NCBI RefSeq assembly: GCF_001949145.1
Contig: NW_019091359.1
Coordinates: 2,394,861-2,458,860, forward strand
DNA length: 64,000 bases
DNA from: Acanthaster planci
Taxonomy: Eukaryota
Direction of reading: 5' to 3'
The notes under the pieces were generated by a model, which was given only the letters and a program-made list of their open reading frames with translations, ran no database searches and was not told the DNA's origin. Made by a program: the position numbers and the translations under genes. The number at the start of each line of letters is the position of its first letter. The first letter of the stretch is position 1. Positions 49,301 through 63,467 of this stretch are shown here, one piece after another.

Positions 49301-52300
49301 CTCCACATTTGTGGAACTGCCGTCTTACCATTGTCCACCACAACCTTGTCTGTGCCTGCTACAAAATTAGACCACGAGTTGGGTCTCCTTAGCTCTTGTC
49401 ATTTGAGCAAAAGTGGTTAAGACGCTCCTTTTGGCACTAAGTCAATTATGATTTAGAAGAAGCAAATCTGTAAACTAGATGTATCGTCAAAGTTGCAGAG
49501 TTTGCTGTTTTGGACTGACTGATCAACTGACTGCTTTTCAATTGGGAAAATGGAATTTCCCAAAACAGGGGTGCATCCGAACGGGTCTAGTTTTGATCAA
49601 CTTAACTATTATTCTCCAATGCATTTTAAAATGATGTATGCATAGAAACATTCTCAGAATTAAATATTATTAATTTATGAATATTGATTGGAAACTGAAT
49701 ACTTAATAAGCCAAAAAATGTGGTGATGCCAGTCACTGAAAAAATCTTAGACTTTGAAAAAATTGTGACAACATCTCGCTAAATGAGTGTGTAAAACCTC
49801 TGGTAACTCAACAGCCCAGGAGCATATCCTCTTGAATCAACCAGGCTCCAAGATTCTAGTCGGTGACCCCCATCAACAGATCTACAGCTTCCGCGGTGCT
49901 ACGGACACCATGAGAAGGGTACAGTGTGAGAAGACATTCCATCTAACCCAGGTCAGTGGGTCTTGCCAAAATAAATCTCATTGTCAGTTTAGCCTGATGC
50001 TGTGTGGACTATTCACATGAAGCACAGTTCGTGTGTGACTGTACAGATTGCGTACTTCCAATTTTCATCGGAATGTGTACAAATATGGAAGACCTTCCCA
50101 GGAGACCACAGATTTTCCCGCCATTAGGAGGTACCTTCCGGAGTCTGTTATTAAGAGTGAGAGCAGTTGAGGTCCACTCTGATCTCTGCTCACATGTGTT
50201 TCCTTCGTGAAGTATGCCATGCATATTCATATAAAAACAATCCCTGCATCATCAGTGTGCTGGGGTTGAATTTGCTTGGCTCGAAAAGCCGGCTTTATCT
50301 GTGCAAAATGTAACATGTTTTGGCCTGATAGCTGGTCATGTAATTGGTTTGTCTACAGTCTTTCCGCTTTGGCACCGAGATTGCCTACATTGCCAACTGC
50401 TTGCTTGAGAGGGCAACCAGCCGCAGCACTCCCTCTACACAAACGCTTATTGGCAAAAGAGAACCAGGCAAGTGGTGGGAACCAGTCAAAATCACGGGAG
50501 TGGAAGTTTTTCCCTCATACTTGTTGGAGTGGTGAGATCCAAAGGTGGCGTAACTTTGGAAAGAGCTGTGCTGATTTTCAACGCTCCCAAGATTGAGGAC
50601 ACCATTCATTCCACCCCCACATTGTGCTAAGCCTCCTTGATTTTTTCTTCAGCTGATGTGAAGTCGTTTTGCCTCTAGCTTTCAGAAAATCATTGAAGTG
50701 AATCAAATGCATTATAATAGCTTCTCTAAATATATTGTAATGTACCTACAAAATCTGTAAATTGGGAAATAATGAACCTTCCCCTGAAATTTTCTGCGCT
50801 GAATACAGTTGCCCAGAATTGGGAAACATAGTAGAACTGATTTGTTATCTAAAATAGTTAATGAAAATTATTTTTCTTTGAGCAGAATTGCACAAACTTT
50901 TGAAGTGTAATTTCATTCAAATTTCACACCTGGGACTTCTTACCGGCACAGGTCACATTGATGGAGAAGAGATTGGTAAAGTGGCCATTATAACACGCAC
51001 CAATGTCACATTGTTCAAGGAAGCTGTCAGGATTGTTGAGACTGATTCCACAACCTCAATAGCATTTGCAGGGGTAAGATACAAAGGGCTTTTTTTGTGA
51101 GAAATCATTGATATTTTCGTCATTTACAGTCTTTGTTCACCCTTATTGTTTGTATTTTGGAGCCTTTTGTATGCTAAATAGAATACCCCTTTTGACGAGG
51201 AGACAAATTCTTCAACAGTTATAAACTGATTCTTGAATACAAAAGTGCAGTTGGCAAGAGTAGATGTTATGTGTTCATGTTTTCATTTTGCTTTGTTCTG
51301 TATTTTGTTTCTTTCGTGCATAAGTACTGTTTGTTAGGTCAGCACTCATAAATTGATATTAAAAGTCTTGGTATTCATTTCTGCAGGGCATTGGCAATTA
51401 TGGTCTGGACGTAATTCTGGATATTTATCAACTGCAGCAGCCAGAGCAGAGTACGTTTCCGTTCGGTCATTATTCAGATTCTGGAAAAATATCACAGTTT
51501 TGGAATAACCATGATCCAATTCCATTGCTCTACAAACCAAACAACTCGATGCAAACTGCCCTAGCAGAGAATATTGAATCTTTGACTTGCTGCAAGTAAA
51601 ACCTTGAACAAAGACCCATTGTCATGAATCAAAAAGTGTAATCCTTCTTCCTACGTTTTCCAACACCCTAATTCTTTTTGGCCGAACACATCACATTAAC
51701 CTTTCAAGGGAATGAAAGCAAAAGTTGTCTCACAAGTTTGTATTTTGTTATTGTTTAGAACGGGCATTCATCAAGAACAAATACATCTGGAGCCATGAGA
51801 ACTTTGGCGCACTCAAGCAACATGCCATGGAGACGGATGATATCGATCTGATGAACAAAATTAAAATAGTTGATATGTACAACATTCGCATCCCGGAGAT
51901 TGTTGAAAAAATCCAGAGTAGGACCAGGCAAGAGGGCATGGCAGGTAGGAAGAAGCCGCAACCATGTCCAATTTACTTGGCTATGGCTTTGAATAGCATG
52001 CATGTGTAACCTGGAAATTTGCCCCGCTAACTTAATACCTAAGAATTTGGGCAAGTAACAAGATCTGAAGACACCTGGTTCAGGAAGACTGGGTCGCGAT
52101 TTATGTGGGAGGTCAGGACAAAGTTAAAAAAATGAAAAAATGGAAATGTGATAACAACCCAATACCGTGCCACCAGTGGATTACTCGAGTGACCAATCCT
52201 GCACAAAATTGCCTATAATCATAGCCAAATAATCTGGATATGGCTAAAGTCTCCTTGTATTAATAAGCTTTCTGTGTAGGAACTGGGTATAGTACATTTT

Positions 52301-54918
52301 AGTGCAAGCTAGCTGCAGATAGTTTGTATGAAATATTGGCTCGTGTTGTTCGTATGATTACATGTTATGACACCAAGCAAATCACTTCACCCCTACATGC
52401 CCCTCTCCAGCCAGGTGTAAGTGGTTCCCAGTAAGGGCAGTTACAGTAATTATGTTGAGTCAATTACATATGGCGGCATTGTTATAGTGTACTCCCCAGG
52501 GAGCTGAGATGGTTTCGGGAGTGTTCAGATGTCGTTAACCAAGTATACCTTTGAATGACAGATACTGTTAAAAATTGTGTGCCGTACAAATGCTTGATAT
52601 TACCATTGTTGTTATGTATGTCAGGTGATTTACCATTGTTGTTATGTATGTCAGGTGATTTACCATTGTTGTTATGTATGTCAGGTGATTTACCATTGTT
52701 TTTATGTATGTCAGGTGATTTACCATTGTTGTTATGTATGTCAGGTGATTTACCATTGTTGTTATGTATGTCAGGTGATTATGTGAAAATGTGTGATACA
52801 ATTAGGCCATGATTTTTCAGTAATGTTGATTTGGTTGCATCAGGCAGAACAAGTTTTAGCTCATTTTCTAGTTTAATCTCTCATTATCTGATGAGATTTG
52901 ATGAGAACTGTTGACAATTCCCATTAACCGCCATCATGGCAAATTCTCGTAAAGGCCTGCTAGTGTTTACTCAAAATTGGTTCTGTCAAGTTGACTGGGT
53001 AGGTCACATATAACAATATGTGTTAGCTCCATAGTTTTTATTGTATCATTGGAGGTTGCACACCAGACGACCAATTTCTACTTGAATGTGCTGAAGGGAG
53101 CCCTCTATATGTACAGTATTTGGCTGTTTATTTAATGACCTGACCTGTTTCTTGCCAAAGAAATCTTTTGAAGATTTTGCGCTGTTTCTAACCAAAGCAT
53201 TGTGAAGCTGCTGCATTTTGTCAGGATGTGGACTGTTAGGTGCATGTTTCAACAATCTTCTTTGTGTCAGTGTTGGATATAGTAGGCTTTGACTGCAAAG
53301 CAGGATTTTTTGTTTCTAAGTTTGGCTTGCTTTTGTGGTCTTTCCCTCTCACAGATGTCATCCTCACCACTGCTCACAAGGCAAAAGGGCTGGAGTTTGA
53401 AACGGTCATGTTCACCAACGACTTTGGAATATGTACTACCACTGGCAGGCTTAGTAAGTTGGTGAATGGAACAGTGAAACCGAGGTGTTGGGGCATGCAT
53501 ACGCATAAAAGATGATTGAAAAGAGCTGTGGTCTTCTCTGCAACTTGTTATTCAGAAAACAGCATCTTTAATCCATTTCATGCCGGAGAATCTAGCCACT
53601 GACAGGAATTTGCTGTGAATCTTTACAAGGTGTGGCTAGCAGGTGAAACCGTGCCGTCAAGCTAATTACTTCAAGTCTCCCAGTGTGGAGTTATTGTTTT
53701 TATACACACATACACTCGTTGTCTAACAAGTTATAGTGAGAAGTAGTGTACAAACATTTGCCCAAATGACTTTGGAATTCTGAAATTGTGGCATTTGAAT
53801 TCATTTTGAAAGTTCGTAGATTTGTTTTCTCTTATTTCGGAATTGTGTATTTTGGCACAATACGTCACAATGATAAACTATCTTTGATGACTGTCACTGG
53901 AGTGGTCATACTGCATTGAACAAAAGAAAAACAGGTGTTTAAATGGTTCAAATGCAAACAAAAAATCCCACAGAAACTTGGTACTAGATCCATCCTTGAT
54001 CTTCTCTGATTAGTTCTGTTTTTTTTTGGTTCGGTATTGCTTGAACAGGTCCACTGTGCACAATGGAAGGAGATGAGTTGAACCTGGTATACGTGGCCAT
54101 CACCAGAGCCAGGAAGAGTCTAGTACTCACCAACAGCTTGATCAAATTCATCGGCGAGCGACCTACATGGGTAAGTTGGGAAAGTTGGAAGTATAAAAAA
54201 CACCAACCGACAATAGATTGAAATAGTGAGACACCTGGTGTGTACACAACAGTCGAACTGTAATATACCTAGGCCTAGATTGTGAGAAATCTACTGTCTC
54301 GGTTGTTCTGATGAGGCTGTTAAATTATTTCAAATGGTTTATTATTAACCCCAGTTCCCTTGGCATTTTACTAGGGACTTTCCCAAAGGGACCGTGAAGT
54401 AAGCTACCTGCCAGGACTTGTGCATCTTATGTAGCTTTGATTTCTTTTTCTGTCGTCATCTTCCTAGGAGAAGTTTGTCCACCCGGCACCAGTGATGCCC
54501 TCCAGTGGTGCCATCACTCCTTGTGTCTGCATTAATTGTCACACACACATCCACGGGGACTGTGCCATGCTGCTCCAGAGAAAAGCCTGCAAATTGGTAA
54601 GTCTTTCTCTCTGTGGTGTTGTTTTGTAGATTGTCACCATCAAATCCTTGCCTGACACCACTAACGGTGGTAAACATGCTAAAACTCATTAAGCCATGCA
54701 TTGGGGTTGAGTTGCAATAGGTTATTGGTTTGTTTGGGGCTGAATTTGGACTGGATCGTTGGTTTACTTCTTTTTTTTTAAATACAGCTTGGACTTACCC
54801 TTGTGATGATCTCCTTGTCTTTATTCAGGCCTATCCATCAACCACACGGAAGGGTGGGATTTGTTGCAGAAAGTGCTCCATTAAGCTATGTCCAACCTTC
54901 TCTTGTTTGCTCGGATAA
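40311..54918 (+). CDS. FBH1: F-box DNA helicase 1 (UvrD-family SF1 helicase with F-box), 20 coding exons, ~1275 aa
   Basis: Exons 40311-41846, 42137-42264, 42867-42990, 43400-43587, 44430-44558, 44865-44947, 45375-45453, 46002-46091, 46721-46967, 48229-48307, 48963-49049, 49815-49951, 50359-50467, 50952-51073, 51387-51450, 51759-51944, 53355-53453, 54049-54170, 54468-54596, 54829-54918 (3828 nt, phases consistent). F-box LPLEVLERIFCFVP...LSLVCKRW; Walker A AFAGTGKTT; LLIDEAQD; VGDPHQQIYSFRGA; LTQSFRFG; TAHKAKGLEF; NLVYVAITRA. AATAAA at 56041. Confidence 0.95.
45435..45795. repeat. ~33-bp degenerate minisatellite (about 10 copies) spanning an FBH1 exon/intron junction
   Basis: The unit approximates tcaacaagt-aagacatattgcctcttatgttgtg. 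The first copy is the real junction TTCAACAA|GTAAG. Confidence 0.85.
47740..48066. mobile_element. Degenerate hAT-like MITE with subterminal GAATATTC repeats
   Basis: Clusters of ttgaatattcaa at both ends, right terminus ggcacggccta, decayed left terminus. Confidence 0.4.
49140..49280 (-). mobile_element. tRNA-derived SINE
   Basis: The minus strand reads ctggtcaagtggtaaaatgtctg (A box) ... gtgggttcgagtcccac (B box), followed by a body shared with 20740-20835. Confidence 0.7.
52601..52780. repeat. 30-bp minisatellite, 6 near-perfect copies
   Basis: taccattgttgttatgtatgtcaggtgatt x6, with one substitution at 52701. Confidence 0.95.
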
Positions 54919-57127
54919 GACATTAAAAGTTTACCGTCCAACATCGCGGTGAGAGAAACATGTAGAGATGGAAGAGTTTATTTTTAATGATGCCTTATAT
55001 GATTAAAAATTAGTCAGGGCTGCCACACCAGTCAAACAACAAGACTGACTTTTGACTTGAGTGTAGTTTGGGTATCAGACCACGTACAGTTTTGAGCTGA
55101 GCAGACCATATTCTGGCAATGGAGCCTTGGCCCACTGGATGAAGCTCATAAGCTCCTAGCTGGCAAAGAGAATATTGAAATAAGAAGCAGAATGTGTCTG
55201 AAATATTGATTCCTTACCAGGAGTTTCTATGCCCGTGGAAACACTGACATACCTTGGTTGTGAAAATGGGCTGAAGGTTGGCTAAGTTTTTCTGTTCCAA
55301 TCAGCACAATTACCATTCATTAGCTTCATGACGTTGCCCCGGTTCCCACCAACATCAGCAGCATGGTATCTGAATTACAAGATGTGATTTTGCAGGATTG
55401 CATGTGACTGCTTCCCATTGAATAGTAGAAGCTACATGTGTTGCACACAAGAAATGAAAGCATTCTAATGAATTGGTTCAATCATCGGCACTGTTTCATC
55501 GAGCTGCCGTGCGGAAAACATTTCGAAATAAATTTTGAAAAGGTGCAAACTGCTCACACAACCAAACCTCACAAGTAACTTTGGCAATCAGAAAGTGATA
55601 CTACGTGAACCGTTCTGTATTTTGAGGAAATGAATCGGTTCTTCTTAGTGAATGAATGTTTTTATTTGTAACCTTTACATCCGAGAAAGTGGCACTGCTC
55701 TAATGTTTTGGTGTTATTGTAACTTCAGTTACAAGATATCTTCATCTTTGTAAAGTAAAATGCCGTATTTTTATAGTACTGATAATGCATGCAGTAGGAA
55801 GCAGCCAATCAGCCAATCACAACATGCATTCAAAGTCGGTAACAAGTCTTCTGATTGGATCACTGGTTCACACTCATGTTTAAACTGAGATCTTCTGATT
55901 AGTGCAATTTTTTAAAATTTACCTGTTTCAAAAATAGCCTATAATGTCACAAAGTATTACCATGGCAAAATCCATGTGATCTGTAAGGGATAAAATCCCT
56001 GAAGTAGAGTCTTCCAGCTGTGTATTTTTATTGATCACACAATAAAGATTTATATTGCGGTGATGTTGTTAATACATCATTTGTTATTGGGAAATGAAAA
56101 GCAATCATGGAAGATGTTTTCATCTTTACGGTTTCTTTTTTTTCCAAAAATGACATTGGCAGTCCTCTTACAGGTAAATAAGATAAAGGTGCTACAGAAG
56201 AATTATTGTGCTTACAAAATTAAACAAAGTTCCAGGAAAAAAAACGGAGGTTCTCAAAGGTTAGGGAACTTTTCAAAAGTAAAAAAAAAGATTTATGGCC
56301 AGCTGTTTAGCCACAAAACTTGCCAGTCATAGAAAATAGTATTTATGTAGCGGTCCGGCCCCCTGGCCAATCGCTCGGGGGCGGCGGTCCGTCCGCCACT
56401 GAAGGGGGAATTGGAGGCCAGGCAGGCAAAAAGAAAGTTCAGCAGACACTGAAAGACTTGGGTGTTCAAGCGGACTGGATTTCTTTTATAATCACAACTG
56501 CTTGGACAATTAAACCGGTGCTAATCTATGTGATTCCCGGCTGAGCCATCACAACGTCCATTCACCCAGTCATCTCACACAGCACCTCCCGCTTTCCCGA
56601 AAAAAAACTTGGGAAACTCGCCCAACTTCAGTGCCGCCAAAAAGTATCACATTGGAGGCCACTTCCAGCCGACAGGCAAGACTTACAGAAAAAACTTGTA
56701 CTGTACATTCTGTGCACCCACGTGGGCCAATCATGCCTTGAAGACGTGCACAAGGTTCAAAGGTCACACAATTCGCTAAATTAACGGGGAATTCCCAGAT
56801 CCCTACATTTATAGTATATTTTATTCCTGGCAGAGGGACGTTCAGGCAGTGTTCCTCCCTGAAATTGCATCATTGCTGGCTTTAAACACCCCTCTGCTGG
56901 CTAGCAAACTATACATACAAATGTACTTGGTAAAAGTAAGTTAGCAACTAAAATGCGTAAAGTGTATTACTCATTGCTGATACTCGGTATCCTCTAAGCA
57001 ATATTTGCTGCTTAGAATAGTAACTCCATAAAGTTTGACGGAGATAGAGTTTCATGCAGGTTACTGTCCCCAGCCACTTTGTCCGTTCCAGATAATATAA
57101 TTTCTGCCAGATCGTGTGATCCTTAGA

Positions 57128-57362
57128 CAAGGGCGGATCCAGAGCCAAATTTTTTCTTGGGGGGGGGGCTGCAAACAATGTTCATGTCAACTTTAATTTC
57201 CTTTCTAAGGATTGTGGCTACATTTTGGAGCTTTGTACATGCTTTTGAATAGAAGGGAAAGAAAGTACAACCCCCCCAAAAAATCCCCCTTCATCATTAA
57301 AAAATCTCTAGGGTGGGGGGGGGAGCATGGCCTCTTGACGTGGCCCCTCCCATCTGCCCTTG
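57128..57362. mobile_element. hAT-type MITE; related remnant at ~7030-7200
   Basis: Ends caagggcggat / atctgcccttg with an imperfect 8-bp TSD (tccttaga / tcccttga). The internal ttttggagctttg...aagggaaa is shared with 7030-7200. Confidence 0.6.
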
Positions 57363-60300
57363 TCCCTTGATAATAGATATATTTTTGCATATGGTAACCT
57401 GTGGAATCTATTTCATTATTAAGGGTTATGATATTCGGAATGGTTTTGCCTACCATTCCTGCTGCTTCAAGAATCATGTTGCTTGTCTGGCAGTAATACG
57501 ATGACAGGTCCAAAATGGCTTGTGTCATCGGTATACAGGTGCATTGAAGTACCAGGAGAAAATACACTGTGGAAGATCATGCCTAAAAGGGTTTTTAAAG
57601 GGGATCTTACCATTGATCCTTGTGGAACTTGAGATGGAACCATTGCAGTCTATCAAAATTGGCCAAAACAATTAAAAATATTCTGTGCTGAAAAGCCAGA
57701 ACAGTTGTATCCGTGCAACAGCACTAGTTGGGATTTCCTTCCAAGCCTGTGTCCAAATAAAATGAGTTTTTCCTATGATCTGACTGGCCAGCCAGTTATA
57801 GTCAGGAGGAGACTTTGGGAAAACTAGAGTAAAAATATTTACCCAGAAGAGGCAAAGTGGATTTGATGACCATTTAAAGATGTGATAGTGGATATGACTT
57901 TATCAACAAGGTCCCAGCATTACAGCTTCTTTACCCCAATCGCTGGTGCCAGAAGTAGGGGGGGCCCAAGGATGCCAACTTCCCCCCCCCCTTTGAAAAT
58001 GATTCCATGGCCGTTGACCCCAATCATGTTGAAAGCGTATATTCAGAAGTCAACCAGATGGCAAAACATGTCTTGCAGTCATTTCATCAGCAACTTGTCC
58101 TAATTATGGGCCCCGCACAAATCACACCCACCCAATCCTCAGTCTGTTCTGAATGCAAATGAATATCACCTTCTTGGATTTCAGAAGGAAATGTGATCTG
58201 GGGTGATTTTCTCTAGTGACTGGCTGGCTATTGAGGTTCATGACACTGGCTTTTAGTCCACACCAGACTTGTTTACACATTATTACATTTTGGTGAAGTA
58301 ATGTAGCTGGTCATGACTACGCATGGTTCCCCTAATGTATATGGGCGGGGTTTCAAACGTACGGAGGGGGAAAAAACAATTATTTATTCAGGTGGCCACA
58401 AACGACCGGCATAACAGGTGACATTGTCTTAGCAATCAGAGGATGCTAAGTCACCCTTACTTGTGTAAATCATAACAACATTAATCTGTAAGCCGTGTAA
58501 ACTTTTTTGTGACAGGTTACACAAAGGTATGTCAGACATACATAGGTTTTTATACCATCAAATGGATGTGTAGTCTGGCCAGGGGCTTTTGTTCTCATGA
58601 TAGTTCGGATTTACTAAAAGCATAGGGGTGGATGCGTTGCAGAGTTGACGCTGTCAAACTGAGATTTAAAGGAGGGCTTTGAAGTTGTATTATGGAACAA
58701 CTAGCAGGCAGCGTAACTGGAAACTTTTGATTTCATGCACTGTTGGTAAATAAACAGCATCTGCAGTCAGTACAAGGGGGCAAGAGGTGGATCCTTTTCA
58801 TTGTAATTATTTTATGCCAGGTACATGGAGTTCAGTTCCCCTTGGGGTTCACTGACTGAAGTTAAGTAACTATTCCGAATAACTGTACCATTTTTCTTAA
58901 ATTGATTATTTGGTGAACATATGTGCTTCAAGTCATTTACTCTGGCATTTTAAATGGGGCCAAGAGATAGTGGGGAGGGTAGATGTCCTCAGGGTGGGGT
59001 ATGAGGGAGGTTTTTTATTTTCAAAAGTTAAACGATAATGGACACGTAGAAAATTGTATCTTCTCCGAGTAGTTCCTCTTAGTTCCTCTTACCCGCAAAG
59101 AGAAGACTGGTGGGGATTGTTTCAACTTTGGAAGGGCACAAGCGCAGAGACCACACGGTCCACCAGAAACTGGCTGCACTGCATTGCCATTGTATTAAAT
59201 GGTTAACTTTTGACAAAAACAGGGAACTTTTTCACACACTGCATCAATTTTGCGAATTGATGTCTGCCACCATCGTACTGAAACAAGAGAAGGTGCTGCC
59301 TTTTTTCATGAACACGGAACAGAATGATGACACATGGATTGGGGGACCAGTTTCTTGCGTATTTTAATGAACTCCCTAGTGGAGATGTACAAAGAGACAT
59401 GACGTAGGTGTTATCTCCAAAGTTGTTTTCTTTTTGTTTTTGTTTTCTCCCATTTGAGTTGCTATGTAACACTAACATGTCAAGACAATACTCACAAATC
59501 TACAAAATAAAAAATATTTGATTTGAAGCAACAAGATTTGCAGTAAATGTACAGTGATAACGAAAAAAAAAAAAGACTAGAAAGCTTGTATAATACTAAC
59601 ACTTTGGTATTCAAAACACTCTAAAATGGCATGAGACAATTCACAAGGGAAATGTTCTGTATCTACAAAAATGGCAAGGATCAAGTTCTCTCTGTTCAGC
59701 TCATCAATGATATCAAATCATATTACCAGAATACTGTGCATGCACACTGTAAAGCCAATCTACTTGTCTTGTGTAATTTCACCTAATGGTTTTTTTTCGT
59801 CTTTTTTACTTCACAGGGAATCTGTGACCCCATTCGATGAGAACAAACCTCAACATGGAAATACTTGTCACATTTACAGGCCCAAATTTTTTTCAAGCAT
59901 TTAAAATTCCTTTTGTGTCATAGTGTAGTTAAAAACGGCAATGCTCGCCATCAATATTGTCAAAATGAAACAAAATGAATGTCACTTAACAGTTCCGCCT
60001 CTGCTCTGAATCAATAAGTTAAAGCCTAATTTAGTAGGTATGCAATTAATCAAAGTTACACTGCCAACGGTGCAACAAGCTGGTGTATTTTCATACTCAA
60101 ATTCCATTTTTTTATCTCCCACTTCCGGGGGAAAAAACTACTTTCATTTGATACATCGACCAAGTCTTCCCCAAGAAAAACTGGCCGATTACCGTTTCAA
60201 GTTAGATCAAGTTCCTGACACAGCATGATTCAAATCTAACAATCGTATCACAAGGATCAATTTAAAATATACAATTCATCTAGAAGGCTCTACAAGCTAC

Positions 60301-62827
60301 GCAGCATAAATACCTAAGACCTAAAACACAGACTGGAGATTGGCCCATATTAAAAAAAAAAAGTCTTTAGCCAAAAATACAATCAGAAATGCCCATTATT
60401 TTTCCTTTACTATCTTCTGATTAAAGCTGTTGATTCTACAGTGGCCTGCTTTACTCACATTTGCTAAAAAAATATTAACATTTTGGGCCCTTTTGCTCAA
60501 TTTTTTTTCTCCTTTTGGCAGTGTTCATTCCTGATAAGGATTGTAAATTATTTACTCATTTAATTCCACTTTTTATTTGACAACCACTACAAAGAATGGG
60601 GAAAGAACTGATTAAATATTTATCGCAGAAAAAAGGGCAGAATCACGCCTCCTTCAGGTAATTTCTGTATTGTGGGATAACAAGTAACTGGCATTTATAA
60701 AACTTTAAACAGTTGCCAATCAGTGAATACGAAAAAAGTCACCCATCTTGGCAATTTACATAATTGCTTTCAATGTATACATACATATTTCATAAAGGGG
60801 GTGGGGAGAGGGACTTCTTTCCAAATGTTAATAACATGGCAATGTTTCAAGGTAACGAACAGTTGGGAAATAAGGTTGGATTTATTTCATAGTTCAAGAA
60901 GCAAAACTGGCCTGAATGTAAAGTTAGAGGAATACAGGGTTGTTACATACAAAAATTACCTTTACACAAATTACTGTCTACGATTACTCTTCAAGTTTAC
61001 AAGGTCTGAAGAATTGGGGGTATTTCCACAAATATTTATACACTTCCTTGTGTTTTAAAAGATCCTACGAACAGGACAGTCAAAAAAGGTTCATATCTAC
61101 AACTGTATTACCTCAAGACATATCCACATCATGGCACGATTTCATTGTGGTCATTGTCTCAAAACACAATCTTTTTGTTTCTCAAGAATACACCCTACAC
61201 ATAGAGTATGACCCAGGAATCTACTAGCTCTTTTGTAATTTCAAGTTGGCGGGACTTAAGGGTTGACAGATCGATAGCCATAGCAACAGATTTGAAATTA
61301 CTCAATAGCCCCTCCGCAACATTCACCCCTTTGTGTCAGAGGAAGACAAGATGCAGAAAAATGCAAAGAATACTCAAACTAACGTCCTTTTAAAATTTTT
61401 GTTTGTTGTCTATTTAGCTTTCTGCTATCTTTGGAAGGAGATGACAAGGGATTACAGAAATAATTGTGTGAACAGGGAATTGTTGTGCCAAACATGCTGG
61501 CATGACTGTTACACAACATATTATTTTTTCTTTGATTTATTCAACTGGAGTTGAGCTCAGTGCAGTGCCGTGCATGTAAGAAGCAGGCCTTGATGGTAAA
61601 AGGGTGTATTTCAACGGCCTTGAGAGGCTTAGCGATTTGTCGACCACAAGGACATGAGGGTACAATGCTAAAACACAATGTACAAGTTTTCAAACACAAG
61701 ACATCAATGCACAATTACATATCTGAAATACAAGGCTTGCTTATTCAACAAAGACGTGACCAGCTTAGAGTTAACCTCTGACCTCCACTACCACTATCAG
61801 CTTTAGTTTCAAGCACTAATTATCAGTTTGTTTGTTTTTTTACATTCATGTTTCTACCTTGAGCCATTCCGGTACTTGATTAGTAGCACTTAGTCACTAG
61901 ACATTGCAGATATTCACAGCGTACCTCACTCAATCCACTTGTCCACGTCCTTTCTTAAAATTTTAAACCAATGCCGTTAAATTGGTTTTATTTAAATGAC
62001 GGAATTCTCCCTGTCAATGCCTACTAGATATTCTCTCAGATAAAGCCCAATGCTGCTACACATTCCAATAAAAAAAAGGAACAAAACAGCCACCAGGTAT
62101 TAAAATAGACTTGCAGATCTAAACACATATCTTCATGGCCGCCAGCGTTGTCCCAAACAACAGAAATAGAACTTTTCTGGAACCGACGTGTCTGGAACGA
62201 CACAGCCTTATCTGTTAAGTACAATACACACAACTTGTCAGCACCACCGAGTTTATCTTTCCGCAATTTATTGCTTTGTTTGTTTCTTTTTTTCTTTACA
62301 AGCTCATTGTTATTCTTTCTTAAAAGTCACATCAATGTCAAATTAAGGTCGTGGAATTGAAACTTTCGGCTACATCCGTTGAATGAGTTCATTAAAAAAA
62401 AAAGTAGAAATATAAGCGATTTATAGTTGTATAAAATGCCCTTGACAGTGTTATATCGGATTAGGCATGGTGATGCTTTAAGTATGACAACCCATCATTA
62501 AAAAAGACTCATAAAATTTCAGTTAAAAATCTTGCAGGGGTAATGGAGCAGTTAAGCTGGACTTGTGCAAGGCTGAAAATGTAATTGAACTGTTGGAAGA
62601 AAATATCATGGACGAAACAAACAAAACACAAGTGTTGCGTTCCGACTGTGGACACCTCGAGGGAGCCATCTCTAACAGCACACTTTAAAACGGCTACAAA
62701 TTGACTACGGCAAGTAAAAATAACCAATAAAAAAGAAACAAAAATAATCCAAGCAACATATCGACAAAGCTACATTACGCAGGCTTCGAAATTGCTTTTA
62801 CAGCTTTACATGGCTAAAATCAACAAT

Positions 62828-62909
62828 GCCAACAGTGCACACCACTAAGGGACGCCAACAGTGCACACCACTAAGCGAGGCCAACAGTGCACACCACTAA
62901 GCGAGGCCA
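62828..62909. repeat. 26-bp tandem repeat, 3 copies, in the presumed 3' UTR of the last gene
   Basis: gccaacagtgcacaccactaag(ggac/cgag) x3. Confidence 0.9.
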
Positions 62910-63467
62910 TTTGCGCTCGGTTCTGCTCTCTACATCCCGAGTGGAATCCAGACATGACATTTCTTTGGACAGCAAGGCGTGGAAAAGAATTCACTGGGCA
63001 CTGCCAGCTGACATCATGAAGACAGAACCGACCCACGGATTGGAGGAAGAATGCCTAGAGTGGGAATGCACCATGAAATGGATTTACTGACAAACCAGTA
63101 AACAACGTGCATTAACTAGCCACTCAACATAATGACTTTTTTGGTTCAAAGCTGAAGGAAACAGGATGTAAGGTTGAGGTTTTTTGAAGCCCTAATCACC
63201 CTCAACAGGTGAGAGATCAAGCACTGGCAGGATTAATCTAACTATTCCGCCTTTCCCAAGCCACGGATATTCCTCTCTCCCAGTTGATAGCTTTACTGTG
63301 CTTGGACAAAAGCAATAATGATAGAGCCTCGCTAGAGCCGTAGTCTGTTTCCAACTTATCTTGAGACACAAATGGCCTGGCGTTATTTGTCACTGAATTA
63401 CAATATGGAACAGTCTGTTATTGACACGAGTAAGGGAGGCGGGAGAGATAGTGGCTTGAGGACGGCC

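Noticed and set aside
52370..52520. Possible SINE core fragment
   Set aside because: The resemblance is from memory only. There is no second copy or boundary in the window, so it is not called.
62828..62909. Direct repeats that could be mistaken for a CRISPR array (also 52601-52780 and 45435-45795)
   Set aside because: Head-to-tail tandem units with no unique spacers, no cas genes, and a eukaryotic context.
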